A stretch of DNA of 63,785 nucleotides, filler included, from Octopus bimaculoides (GCF_001194135.2; 6 parts of 6 records of this genome joined end to end with filler, not necessarily neighbours in it); one strand, 5' to 3'. Shown: positions 1-13,586, counted from the first letter of the whole stretch. Notes: generated by a model from the letters alone, not told the origin. Translations and numbers: made by a program.

Positions 1-372
1 TATTATTGTCCTCAGCCCATCTGTAAACTGAGTCCAATTCCTGCTGCAGGTGTGCAACATCACTGGAGTTCTGTATTTTCTGCGAAACTTTTGTATCGTA
101 TGCGTAGCTTGCAAGAGTGGCTATCCGGGCACTTGAAGGCATATCTGAGAGAGCGACTATAAAAAGCAATGGTCCCAAGACAGTGCCCTGTGGAACACCG
201 CTCATTATTTGTGTTTTCATAGAGGTGGCTCCATTAGCCACTACTACCTGACTTCTATCTTTCAGAAAGTCATGTAACCACTCTCCAAGTTTTCCAGCTA
301 TGCTAAGATCACGCAGTTTGTGGCATATCACACCATGATCCACTTTGTCAAAAGCTTTTGCAAAATCAAGGT
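1..372 (-). mobile_element. CR1-clade LINE reverse transcriptase fragment (degenerate)
   Basis: Manual minus-strand translation: YLDFAKAFDKVDH...SGVPQGTVLGPLLF...SYAYDTK...YRWAEDNN. These are RT motifs 3-5, with YADD changed to YAYD. The fragment stops at a (TA/CA) microsatellite and runs off the window start. Confidence 0.92.
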
Positions 373-432
373 ATATATATACACACATACATACATGCAA
401 AAATACAGTGTACATTTAGACACATTATGTAT

Positions 433-1003
433 TTAAATGTACACTGTATTTATGTGAATAATATATAGTCTATTGACTAATTTATCTCCACGCTAGGCCA
501 CTGGTAGCAAAAATTTCGAAACGTTTTCTTACCCTGATATTATTAACTATTGATAATGTGTTTTGGCAAATTTTAGAAGTAACGCCGGCATTATTTTATT
601 TGCTGCCCACAAAAATCTGCGCTTGCGCGGTGGAATTGAAAAATTATAATATATAAGGAAGGGGCACATGCTGGATTGCCTCGTATTTATGTTTAATCTA
701 GGCGTACCTGTTGATGAAGACTTCGCCTAGCAAATTATTTTACTTGCTAATATAAAGTCAGTAACCATGTTCCAGGAGATAGAAAGTAAATGTTTTTAGT
801 TTTCATTCCCTTCGAAATTTATCCCTAATAGTGGTTTGGATTTTGACTATTCCTTCTAGCGTGCCAGGTATCCTATGACGGATACCTCTTATCTCTTTAA
901 ATGTACTCTGTATTTATGTGAATAATATATAGTCTATTGACTAATTCTTCTACACGCTAAGCCACTGGTGGTAAACATTTCTAAAATTTTTCTTACCCTG
1001 ATA

Positions 1004-1010
<7 letters not shown>
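433..1010 (+). repeat. ~115-bp direct repeat pair (433-546 and 897-1010)
   Basis: tttaaatgtac(a/t)ctgtatttatgtgaataatatatagtctattgactaatt...ttcttaccctgatatt occurs twice with scattered mismatches. Confidence 0.85.
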
Positions 1011-1040
<30 letters not shown>

Positions 1041-1044
<4 letters not shown>

Positions 1045-1480
1045 AAATCTCTGAACGAGGTATTAACAGTAACTGCACGACAAGGTGAAGTATATTTGCC
1101 ACTTAAATGTGGTTGACCCCTAAGGGTGGATGTTACTGTTGCTTTTAGTCGCAGGAGAACATCTCCTCCAGCTGGCTATTTGACACACATCTGTGTCCTG
1201 TCTATATTTGAAAAGGGAAGTCATCCTTCCCATCTTGATTTGCGATACGTACGGACTCGAGTTTCTGGGTATTTTCCCGACCTCAGCGTACGACAATCGC
1301 CGACCTTCGATGCGAAAGATATTTCTTTGCGAATATATATAACTTTTCCAGTGAAATTATTCACTGATCTCGAAAAAGTGAAAACAAGCAATGTTAAATC
1401 TCTGAACGAGGTATTAAGATCCACCCTTAGGGGTCAGCCACATTTAAGTGGCAAATATACTTCACCTTGTCGTGCAGTAA
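1041..1480 (-). mobile_element. Small structured repeat element (retrozyme or Penelope pLTR-like) with direct and inverted repeats
   Basis: 26-bp direct repeat at 1041-1066 and 1392-1417. ~60-bp inverted repeat at 1071-1131 and 1419-1478. Several internal hairpins and a hammerhead-like motif. Confidence 0.55.
1242..1300 (-). ncRNA. Degenerate type I hammerhead ribozyme-like motif
   Basis: Minus strand reads gcgat-tgt-CGTACG-CTGAGGT-cggg aaaata ccca-GAAA-C tcga G-TC-CGTACG-t-atcgc. It has stem I, a CUGANG(A>U) core, stem II, GAAA, a short stem III with a palindromic tetraloop, and a GUC cleavage triplet. Confidence 0.6.
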
Positions 1481-2454
1481 ACGAATAATTGTATTCTTGG
1501 GAATAGAAATTTCCTTTATGAATTGTTTTACACATTGGCTTCTTGATAAAATTCTTGTAAAAGATTTTTATCCCTTTTTGAATTTATTAATCATATATAT
1601 ATATATATATATATGGACACACATTATCAGTCGTTTTTATATATTGCAGTTAAAAGTAAGTTTAAATTTGTTTTAAAGCTAAACACAGTGTATTTGTGTG
1701 TTCACACACGAAAATTTCAGTAAATGTTTTGGAAGGATAGCAGATTTACTTATACGGAATAGGTTAGATAAATTGGTTAGATAATAGCACGCTGTCTACT
1801 AGTCGTCGTACTTTAAATGTTAATTTCTGGGGTTGAAAATTCATTGACATTTAAGTAGCAATGAAACAAACAAACACACAGACAAACAAAATAATAAAAT
1901 AAAATATAAACAGATACATAATAAAATAAAAGATAAATAAATAAATAAACGACTTTGCAAGATAATGGTCAATGAAAGCTAAATCAGGAAATAGATTTTT
2001 TATATTAGAAACAGAAATTGTTATATTTGGATGACCTGCTTGTTAGTGTGTGTGTGTGTGCGTGCGTGCGTGTATGTGTGTAAGTTTGTGGGTGCTAATT
2101 ACTATGAATGTAGGTAAAGGTCAATAAAACTTTTAGCATATTGAAAATGACTGCATTCCGAATTGATAATTGGCGAGTTTCTAAACCTAAATACAGGGAA
2201 TGCAAAAAGTATTCAACACATTACACAGCAATCTGAAAGCATAAACACTCCGGCCAAAAACACCTGTATTCGGCTTCAAATGAGAATAAAGCAAAGTATA
2301 ACATTTTAGTGAGGCAGAATTTCAAAATATAACATGATATGGCATCATATAATATAATATAATATCATATAATATATATGTACGTATGTATACATATGGG
2401 CGTTTGTGCGTGTTCAAATATGTCCAAATGTATGTATCTATAAATACACAACGT

Positions 2455-2485
<31 letters not shown>

Positions 2486-3715
2486 NNNNNNNNNNNNNNN
2501 NNNNNNNNNNNNNNNNNNNNNNNNNNNNNNNNNNNNNNNNNNNNNNNNNNNNNNNNNNNNNNNNNNNNNNNNNNNNNNNNNNNNNNNNNATATATATATA
2601 TATAAACAAATGAAATATAGAAGATGGTAGCTCAGTATAATTTCATGAGAGATGAGAAAAACAAATTATAAACAGTGATCAAGCTTTTTCATCAATTTGG
2701 ATTCATTAATTGGAACCGTAAGCTAATGAACTGAATTTTAATGAGGATATTTTCAAGCAGTGCCTATATGTTCATAAATGTTTACCCGTGCCTTTATACA
2801 AACTGGTAGTTTGTATAAAGTCGGTGATACATATAAAGACACATACGTATATATATATTAATATAACGTATATGTGTTGTCTACCTGACAATACACGTAT
2901 TTAAATTTTCTTGTCGAAATATATATATAAGATCTTGTAACTGAGGTATTCTTCGAGATGAATAAATATACAGTAATTTATAGCTTTTGTAACATATAGT
3001 AAATTTGGGTTAACAGGCGTATATAAGTAAAACCTTCAACATAAACAATATAATTCACATAATATAACTCCTAAGCGATCTTTGTTTACAGTATATTACA
3101 GTCTGTTTACAGATTTTTTTCTTTTGTCGCTTCTATTTTGAAGGGTTTTTCTTCTCTATAAATCACATTTTAATTTACTAGCATTGCATTATCTACCAAC
3201 GAGTTAGATTTACTTAATACAATTCCTATACGGACATATCCCTTATCGCCAGATCATTTCACAGAATATTTCATACACAAGCACGTAAAAACTCTTCAGT
3301 TAGCAGAAACTGACTTTCAATACAATACTTGGAATAATGCATTGAAATATTCTTAATAACACTTTAGTATATAAAAAAAGTAACAAATAAAGGAAGATTC
3401 CTAATCTATTTTTCGCGGCAGCAGCAAATAATCCTAGTCAATGTGATTTACAGAACATTGGTATGATCAATTAAATTTAAATCAAAATTTTGATCCACTA
3501 GATATTTCATTCGAAGACTGTTATCTGTAACAGCTATGATTATTTTGATTGCATGCAGTTGTATACGCGTTTAATATAATTGTAATATTCAAATTGAAAA
3601 TGAAAACTCATTTTTTGACTCCCTTCGATTCATGAGAGAATCTCAACAAATTTGCCGATAAGAATGTGAACTGATATACATTACTGATATACATACAAAA
3701 ATGCATACTAGCCTA

Positions 3716-3845
3716 TGTATGTATGTATGTATGTATGTATGTATGTATGTATGTATGTATGCATGCATGTATGTACGTAGTTATGTATGTATGTATGCAC
3801 GTATGTACGTATGAATGCATGTATGTATGTATGTATATATGTATG

Positions 3846-3887
<42 letters not shown>
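3716..3887. repeat. Compound (TATG)n/(TA)n microsatellite
   Basis: Direct reading. Confidence 0.95.
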
Positions 3888-3889
<2 letters not shown>

Positions 3890-4942
3890 TAAAGAGAGTG
3901 GGTGAAAGAAGAGAGAGAATAATAGAAAAAGATTAATGGATATTTGTCTAAACATTACTATTCTCAAACATTCTTATATAAATACAAGTGATTTGTCGGC
4001 TCCTTTTGCAATTAACATTACTGGAGTCGCTAACCTGGATACAAGGATCACTGGAGAATAAATAAATCTAAAGGCTAAAGGTGACTTTAAATCATTCGAA
4101 ATCCTGGAAAGTGTTCAGCGAATGACTAAAGTGCATAAACTAGCGAAAGAATTCTATTAAATCCCTTTCCTCAGTTATTACAGCTTTCTATCGCCAATTC
4201 TCCATTATTTCGCGGTTTCCTGTAAGAAGATTTCACATCCAATTTGTCAAGTTTGGTTGAGAATTTCTAATTATTTATCAGTTTATATTATGCCGTACAC
4301 TTTCCGTAATATCAATAATGTCAGGCTTGGATCAAGCAGAAGATTAACGATGCGTTTCTAAAATGGATCCATTCATACTCAATTTATCGATTACCAGAAA
4401 TACTTTGCTGGAAATTCTTGAGAAAATAGCATCAGTGATTTACATGAAAGCAAAGATAAAGTTGCTAGAAAAAGAGAAAACACTATCCTTAATACAGGGG
4501 AACTGAACTTTAACTTTTTCACTAATGCAACGTTGCATTTCAATACACATTTATGTAGGGCTTTAATTTTAATATTGATCTTATTTTCAGGCAAATTCTC
4601 TACGTTTATTGGCAATAAATTATTTAAAATTGTGTTATAGGTGAAGTCTTCAAGCTATTTCCCGAGGTTACTAACAATAAATTCCTTGAAATCCTCTTCA
4701 GAAATACAGCTTACGATACATTCACTCTAAAGCACAGACGAGTTAGTCATAAATGTTCATTCATAGTTCTATACATAAGGGCTGACCTAAGGTTAAGCAA
4801 TAACAGCACAATCAACACCACTGCTGTATTTCTATGTATTGGTACGCAGTAAAAAATTGATTTGAACTGAAAAGCATTCAATATGGATAATTTATGGAAG
4901 ACTAAAAGAGCAAAAAATACAAACTTATAAACGTCGTTCGTG

Positions 4943-4985
4943 ACAGGAATCAGTTAAACAGGAATCAGTTAAACAGGAATCAGTC
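4943..4985 (+). repeat. 15-bp tandem repeat (acaggaatcagttaa x ~2.8)
   Basis: Direct reading. Confidence 0.9.
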
Positions 4986-5117
4986 CTACTTTAAATACGG
5001 GCCATTTACATGTAAATACAGCCCAAAGTTTCGAAACTACCTAAAACAGATAAACAGATACAGGGGATATCTAGTTCTTACACAAGATATTATATGTTGT
5101 TGCTGTTGTATCATCTT

Positions 5118-5196
5118 CGTCGTCGTCGTTGCAGTCCTCCTCCTCCCCCCTTCTCCTTCTCCTCCCCCCTTCTCCTTCTCCTCATCATCAACATCG

Positions 5197-5245
<49 letters not shown>

Positions 5246-5250
5246 AATCA
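5118..5250. repeat. (CGT)/(CCT)/(CAT)n trinucleotide tract
   Basis: Direct reading. It produces the spurious poly-D and poly-I ORFs. Confidence 0.95.
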
Positions 5251-8200
5251 TCTCGGCTTGCGGTAGAATGTGCACTAGCATGAGATATTTGACTTGACTC
5301 CATAAAATGAATCTATGTTATTGAACATACTAAATATTAGTTTTCATTAAGGTATTACTTTTGGAGTTTTCCTTCTCCTAGATTGATTGCTTCTACCGCA
5401 GCCAAGAGATTCAATTTAACCTTGCAAAAATTTGTTTTACCCATAGTGGAACTCTGACAGACACTACCGTAGTGATGATTATGGGTCCACTCCTTGCTCC
5501 CCACGTGAAAAGAAATTGACAGATCGAGCACGAGATGGTCTAAGTCCGACCGAGCAGATGTATGACATATTTTCCTGTTGAAACAACCCTGTTTTTGTGT
5601 TAGTTTCGAACGGCGATAGGTTGATATTTGTTGGAAATTTGATTTCTTTACTCAGTTGTTTTCTAATAAAGCGAAATTATCATACAGACCGTGTCTAGAT
5701 TAAGATACATACCGTGTCTAATCGGAGTAATTCATTTACATGCGATCGGTTAAACTGTGCATGACATCAAATCTTCAAGACGATCATCAGTAAAATTGTT
5801 GCTAGTCGGTTGTAATAGCCATGAATGGTTACCATTGAATTGCAGTCAGAACCATTGTAGAATGAAACAATTTGAATGATACCTTCCGGAAAAACATGCC
5901 AATGTAATCTAATGCTTCACCTATTCTCAGTAATGATCATTATTTACAGAAACAAACATATCTACGGTACGAATATGAACATGCCATGGTTTTTCAGCGT
6001 ATATATTCGGCTGTGTCTTACCTAAATTAAATACTCGGCTGAGGAGTCTTTCCAAAGTCTTGAAGTACGCTAGGAAGGAGCAGCTTAACCTAATTTTATA
6101 TTCCACTCTATTGTCCGCCAAAAGGCAGTAACATCTTCATAATATACTTAAAAATACATTATACCTAAAATTAAAGATGAGATGGCTTCAGCTGAAAACT
6201 ATTTGATCAAAAGTCAATATTATTAGGATTTAACTAGGTTTAAAAAATAAAAACAACAACAATAATAACTGTAATCAGTGCGGCTGTAGTTTAAGCCTTC
6301 TTTTTACAATTCCTTCCTAATATCAAGTAACAAGTGTTCACTGGGTTATATTAGCCATAGATTCTTCTCTGAGCGTTTTGTATAAGAGAATAAGCTGAAT
6401 AAAAAGATAACTCGTATTGTAAGAATTAATCACTTTAACAAGTGTCTATGGAAAATATGTTTTATAACTTAGAAACATAACGTCTACAGTAAATGAAGCT
6501 CATTATGACCAAGAATATTGAATTGTAATTGCGTAATTCTTCCTATATAATTTTGATGGGGAGAGAATATTCTGAAATGAATCATTAGCAAATCACATTC
6601 AGTCCATATGAAGAGTTAAGAAAGAAATATTAATTAATCACACTTTTCTAATCTAGCTGCAGTCTGGTAAAACCTTACAAGTGTGTCCAAGAAATAAGAA
6701 TATACTTTCCTATCCGTAAACCCTTTATGCATGCCAATGTCTTAACGTTTGCATTGGACAATCTGATCACTTGTTGGTGGAACTGACAGTCGTGATGAAA
6801 TTTAATTCTAGGTTATTCTTATTGAGAAGATAGTCAAATTTGTTCAGCTGTAAGTGTCCGGCTTTTGTTTGAGACATCCTATGCGTATCCATCTTAACAT
6901 GAACTCTCTGTTTTAAGAGAATATGATGCAATGTGAAGTAGATCCAATTGCAATTCATTGAAGATCGAACGACCATGCAGAGATTCGCTAGTGGACATAA
7001 ATGTAGTCTCATTATTTTCAGAATTAATAGTGAGATGAAAACCGTAACGTCCCACTTAGTATTCTTTTATATCTGGGGTCTATAAAGAATACTCCAATTC
7101 ATATATCACAAAATAAGGTGTGAAAGATACAAATAATGGTTAGCAATTTGCCATACTATATTCCTTAAAATATTCATCATTTGGTCAACATATTAACACC
7201 TAAGTTTTTATAGTTTTATTTCTTGGGAAAAATAATGTATTGGGTTTGTATTAATCACTAAAAGATATGCTACATATATTGTGTATATTCTAAAAACAAT
7301 ACTTGAAGTTTATTTGTAGTTTATAAGATAAATATAGTGTAGACTACATATTTGTTTAAAAAGTAGTTAATAGCTGATTTGATTGTCTATAGTACGTTAC
7401 AGATTAGTTAAATGAAGAATATTGGTTTAGTTGGCACATTTTATGTGCGTTTTAAGTATACTTTTGTTCTGCCTGAACCTTATACATGTATTAATTTAAT
7501 AGAAGATAATCTTTACTGGTAGACACACATTGAAGCAATGGTAATAACTTATATTATATAAATCACAAGAAAAGCTCTTAAGGGAACACTTCAAAGAAAG
7601 GAAACATTATTTCAAGGAATTTCCTAATAAAGGTTTTCGCTTCGTCGTCGAAACAATTTATTTCCTTCCGCTGAAAAGACAGTGACTCCATTTTCTATCG
7701 CTGCAGATTAGTCCTAAATACAAACATCCATTTTCATTCTCGTAAATATTGTAGTGTCACTAAAATTGTTGCTTAGTTCTTGCGTCTGTTATCTAAATTA
7801 TACATATCTCAAAATAACCACTACAATGTATTGCTGCAATATACATTGAAAAACATAAAATACTCATCTGCAATCACCAGTAGTTAAGGAAATATCTGTA
7901 ATAAGGATGATGATATTACTGACAACCGCAGAGCCACATTTGAAACATTGGTTGATCGAAACAATGGCAGATGTTAAACGAATTATATTAGGTAGGCAAT
8001 AGTTACTGGTGCTAGGCTTTAGGTCATTTCTGTCACCGTACATCACGTCCTAATATATTTAGCTTCAACCACGTATGTAAGTTTCTAAACATTAACTGAT
8101 AGTTTCAACTATCTTATTGTTTGATACAGTTTTTAATCTTTATAGCTCACACTGGACATATTGATCGCACACATCTAACGCACTGCACACGGCGTTATGT

Positions 8201-10342
8201 GCGACAGAATTGTGAAATAGTTCAAGAAAACTGCTAATAATTGAAAGTGAAAGGCTTCAAGAGTATTCTGTATGCATGGTTTATTATGTCACGTTACTCT
8301 CCACAATTAATTATAAATTAGAGTATACTTCAGTATCTCAGTAAACTGGTGTAGGCCTGTACCGATAACAATGAGAATAAGTTTATTATTGTCAATATTT
8401 TTCTTTTGCCCTGAAGCAGTCCTTCCACTATAAAATTATGTATTAGATATTTATCCTAGTTGACTTATATATAACGAATGCTATTCACATATGTTCTCCA
8501 TAATTCTTCTCAGTTTAGATTTATCTCTGTTCGTTCAAAAAAAAAAATATAGCATATTATTTTAGCACTTATATATCACTACAAATATATGCGTAAAGCT
8601 TTGAATAACCTGTTATACAGTCAGACGATTATTAAATATTTCATAAAAGAAATGAGACCAGATTCTTATTTCATATTTAGTAGAATGGTTATATTTTCCT
8701 TATATAAATTGTGCACTGATACATTGATGTATTAGTTCTATGATAGAGAGATATTAGCTATATTAGTGGATGTATCTAAGCAAAACTATAATCACTTAAT
8801 ATCGTTGATATTACTTCTGGTCTCCAGATTAATGCAGTCCTTTAAATTGTAATTTAATAAAGTATCAGAGGCTTTGATTTTGTCGAGATCCTTTATGGTA
8901 AATCGTTATCGATTGCTATCTTCGTCGTTTTGATCAACAGTTCTATTCCGTTATAAGAATACTAAAGGTGTGAATATATGTGTGTGGTTTATATACAATT
9001 TTACATTTCTCTTTTATATATATATATATATTTACTAGAGTTATGTACGTTTATACATGCTCGTGATCACTACTTGCTTCGTGTACTTGTAACTATGTAG
9101 ACCAGTATGGCAATCTAATGACAGATGTATGTGTATCTATCTGACCAGGGACTTATACACGTATGTGTATCTCTGTGTGTTCCTGCGTATGATAACATGA
9201 AGACATGAATCCTATTTCCTATCCGTTGATTTCATTTCCTTTTTCTTAAGCACTCGCTTCGATCAAAGGAATTGCTGTTGCCAACAATGTAAACCATTCC
9301 TTAAGCGACACGATGTTACGTCCATTTTTCCATACACCTCTCAGTTATCAATCCGATCAATATATTTTCATGTCATACGCAAAGTTTCCTTTGATAAATC
9401 ATTCATATTTCATTTTGTTTGCCAACGATTTTGCTCACAAAAATACTTAAGAATGCGATATAATTGGATCATGTCATCATTAACATAGGTTTTCTAAAAA
9501 GGCTTATGAACATGAACATATTACCAATATGTTCACATCATATGAATTATCAATAACACTTGCTTTGCAACAATATTTAATGTTTCCTAATATGTTTTGG
9601 TAAAGCTAACATTATGGAAGTTGCTATATGAATTCATAAATTGTTAATTGAAAAATGGCTTCAGCCTCATGACTCATATATTGTATAATGGATAGCATGT
9701 AAACCTCTATAAGTTTTTTTTCCCCCCTATACTTAAAATACACCTTAGGAGGGGTATGATTTAGAGCAGCGGAAATCAGGCTTAGGGATGAGTGAGCCGG
9801 TGTGATTTCGCCGAACAAATTGCGTACAAATAAATAAAATTATTGAGACATTTATGATATTGTGGGTATTTGTATTTCCATATGACTGGATATACTACAA
9901 ACAGTGTCTGAAGTATAACCGGAAGAACATGCATTATGCTCAACATAGGCATAATTAGAGGATCTCTTAGAATTTATAAGTAATTTAGGAACAGAATGTT
10001 CGCTTCTAAAACGAAATACCGTATCTAAAAACATGAAGAAAAGCTAGACATATACGCACACAAGCAGATGTATAGTATTTGCACGCACATATAAATAAGT
10101 GCATATATATTTACATGCATGTATATTGTATACGTATGCATGTGTATATATATGTATGTATGTATGTACGTACGTAGCGTTCATATGTACGCACGTATAT
10201 AAGTGTGTGAATGTGTGTGCATGCATGAAGTTAAACACTCCGTCCTAAAACTGAGTCACAGGAATTGTGATCACAGTTTCCAGTGACCTAATTGAGTTAT
10301 ACTATATATTTTGAATACTATTTATCTTTCACTGATATGTTT

Positions 10343-10394
<52 letters not shown>

Positions 10395-10422
10395 TGTACC
10401 CCCAACCCCTAACTCTCTCACG

Positions 10423-10459
<37 letters not shown>

Positions 10460-12010
10460 TGTGTACGTGAGTGTGTGTGTGTATGTCTGAGTGTGTGTAG
10501 AAAGAGAGATAATTATATATACATACACACGCATCTACGTATGTATTGTATGTATGTGTGGCTGGATGGCTGCATATCTGTTAACGGAGACAAAAACAGG
10601 TAAGAACAGTAATAAATCTTGCTAAATATCTTAAGACTATTGGAACGTATATTTAGATAAATTCTTATCGAAAATATTGGACTACAGATAATCACCAGAT
10701 GAAACACTGACATCATTTGCTTACTTCATTCGGTTAAATCAAAGCTGACAAACAACCACAAATATAATTTTCCCTTCCGACTGATTCGCGTTTGTGATCA
10801 TATTATTAGTTGCTCTTCAAATGTATTCAGAAGACGATAAACTATTAAACAGATCTTCATTGCTTACAAATGTGAGTACACTAAAATAGGAAAGTAAAAA
10901 AATAAATAAAGAATACATAAAAGTGATGGAATAATAATGATGAACTACAGGGAAATTTTCAATTATATTTTAACCCTTTAGTATCCAGCAGCTGATTCAT
11001 ACCCAATAGAACCTCAAGAGTAAATTGCCATTCAAAGTAAAATGTTACGTTTTTTTTTTCTCTTCTTTTCCTTGTATTAATCGAGGTTAAAATGTGTCAG
11101 TCTGAAATACATCAACATAATTCTGACCAGGTTGTTACCTCTTTCTATTGTGAACATTTCGGTAGAGATTCAAATTTTGTTTCATTATATTATTTAATCG
11201 CAGCATGAATTCATATGAATATATCGCTATCAGAATGATATAATTTCAGAATGAAGAAAACATGTACGTTGCAATACTTGTGATTACTGTGGTTGCTCCT
11301 TAAGCTAAGAATGACGCTGATTGAGATCATCTATATTAAAAAAAATTCTAGTCGTTGTAATTTTATGGACTGTGCATTTAGCATCATTGTTCAATTTCAT
11401 TTTCTTTTTATTTATGACAGTTCATTGTAATTCTAATTACATTGCAGTTAATATTTCTAGGATGTCAAGCAACCATATCGGTACTCTCTTGTAGGCATCA
11501 ATGCTGTATGTTAGTTTGTATGACGTTCCTAAGAATATACTGCGTTCTGATAAAACAGACAGGCAAACTTATTTAGATAAAAATCAGGTTGCTACGTCGA
11601 TCAGTAATATAGATAAACACCTATTTTAATAAAATGAATTAGACAAATATCAGCAACACAACACGTAATCTTCGATAAAGAACGCAGCTGCATTTAATGC
11701 CTTTGAATATAATTTCTCTTGGACTTCTTGTATTTCTAATTGATTTTTTTTAACGATAAATTGGTTTTCAGATCTCTAGATTCAAGTGTTTTATTCGATG
11801 ATGGTACGATGAAATATCATCTGTGATTTTCTTAATACGAAATTGGCGATTATTGCATGATTGCATTTCATTTATTTAACTTAATCTTTTCTATATTAGT
11901 CTGATTTGCTTAAATGATGCCATCTTCGAACAATTGTACTTTTTCATTTATCCTTCATTACATTTTTATTTGCAGCTTCACTCAACAACACACATTTATG
12001 CACTTAATGT

Positions 12011-12055
<45 letters not shown>

Positions 12056-12409
12056 TACATACATACATACATACATACAAGATTATTCCACCTGGATAAT
12101 TTTCTTGACAAAAATTCAAAAGTTATAATATGATTAGAAAAAGGATTGGCTGAAGTGGCCAACTTATCAATAACAAGCATCAAACGTCTATAAACCAGTT
12201 TCGATTTAGGTTTTACTCAAAAGCTAAGTTTCTATATAAACAATATATTCTCATTTAGTCAATGAGGTAAACGAAAACTTGGAATGACGAAACGAAACAG
12301 GAGATTGAATGATAATGTTATGTCATCCTTTTCTTCCTCTGCTATGTCCACCTCAGCTACCCACTACCAACTTCATGGCCGTCATCATCAACACCACCAC
12401 CAACGCCAC

Positions 12410-12485
12410 TTCTTCTTCTTCTTCTTCTTCTTCTTATTCTTATTCTTCTTCTTCTTCTTCTTCTTCTTCTTCTTCTTCTTCTTCT

Positions 12486-12518
<33 letters not shown>

Positions 12519-12522
12519 ACTA

Positions 12523-12590
<68 letters not shown>
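12410..12590. repeat. Compound (TTC)n(TGC)n(TAC)n microsatellite
   Basis: Direct reading. Confidence 0.95.
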
Positions 12591-12591
<1 letters not shown>

Positions 12592-12874
12592 TCGTCATAT
12601 TTATTGAATTGATCGATAATAAGATAACATGTTCAAATTGAATATGATGGAATTGTTCAACTTTTTGATTGTTACATTTCATAGACTGGTTTTCTAGGGA
12701 CATCATTTGCAGGCTTATAATTTTACTAATTATAAAAATCGGTATACGTGTTTGGTATTACTGAACACATTTTAAGTGTTTTACTTGATAGTCTTGCTCA
12801 TAGTATATATCTAATAAATATATGCATATCTGGATGTGTATATATGTGCGTGGGTCCGCGCATGTACTGCGTGC

Positions 12875-12907
<33 letters not shown>

Positions 12908-12951
12908 NNNNNNNNNNNNNNNNNNNNNNNNNNNNNNNNNNNNNNNNNNNN

Positions 12952-12963
12952 TTAATTAATTAA
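12952..12963. other. Assembly gap spacer TTAATTAATTAA (also 27504, 55154, 58006, 61157)
   Basis: The identical 12-mer is centred in ~100-bp N gaps five times and reads as a stop in all six frames. Confidence 0.95.
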
Positions 12964-13396
12964 NNNNNNNNNNNNNNNNNNNNNNNNNNNNNNNNNNNNN
13001 NNNNNNNGATAAACCAACGGCAAAAAGGAACAAAATACAAAATCTGGAAAATTAGAAAATGAAATTTTTATCCGTTAAACAACTGAATCGGTTTCGTGTG
13101 CCCTCCTTCTGCTACCTTTTGTGAAAGACCTAAGATTGATGACGTCATTTTACGCAGTTATTCCGGTTTAATTTTGAATGTTTCAGCGTTTCCTATCTTT
13201 GAATTTAATTTCATTTTATATTTCGAACTTGTAAAAGACACACGGAATGTCGAAATATTGTTCATTCGTTTCATTTTCATTTTAATAAACAGAGTCAATC
13301 TCTATTTATTACCAATAACAGTCACGCTCTTCTTCTTGTTTGTTTTATTATCATTATTATTATTGATATTATTATTATTGATATTATTATTATTGA

Positions 13397-13430
<34 letters not shown>

Positions 13431-13433
13431 TTT

Positions 13434-13586
13434 AAGGTGGTGAGCTGGCAGAATCGCTAGCACGCCGGGCGAAATGTTTAGCGGTATTTCTTCCGTCTTC
13501 GTGTTCTGAGTTCAAATTCTGTCGAGGTCGACTCTGCCTTTCATCCTTTGGGGGGGGTCGATAAGATAAATACCAGTTGAGTACTT
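13434..13586 (+). mobile_element. tRNA-derived SINE, family A
   Basis: A-box tggcagaatcgct and B-box gttcaaattct, followed by the body gtcgactctgcctttcatccttt...gtcgataagataaataccag. It matches other copies in the window. Confidence 0.85.

Noticed and set aside
4095-4145. ILESVQRMTK resembling the CR1 LESVQRRATK motif
   Set aside because: A single short motif with no flanking homology.
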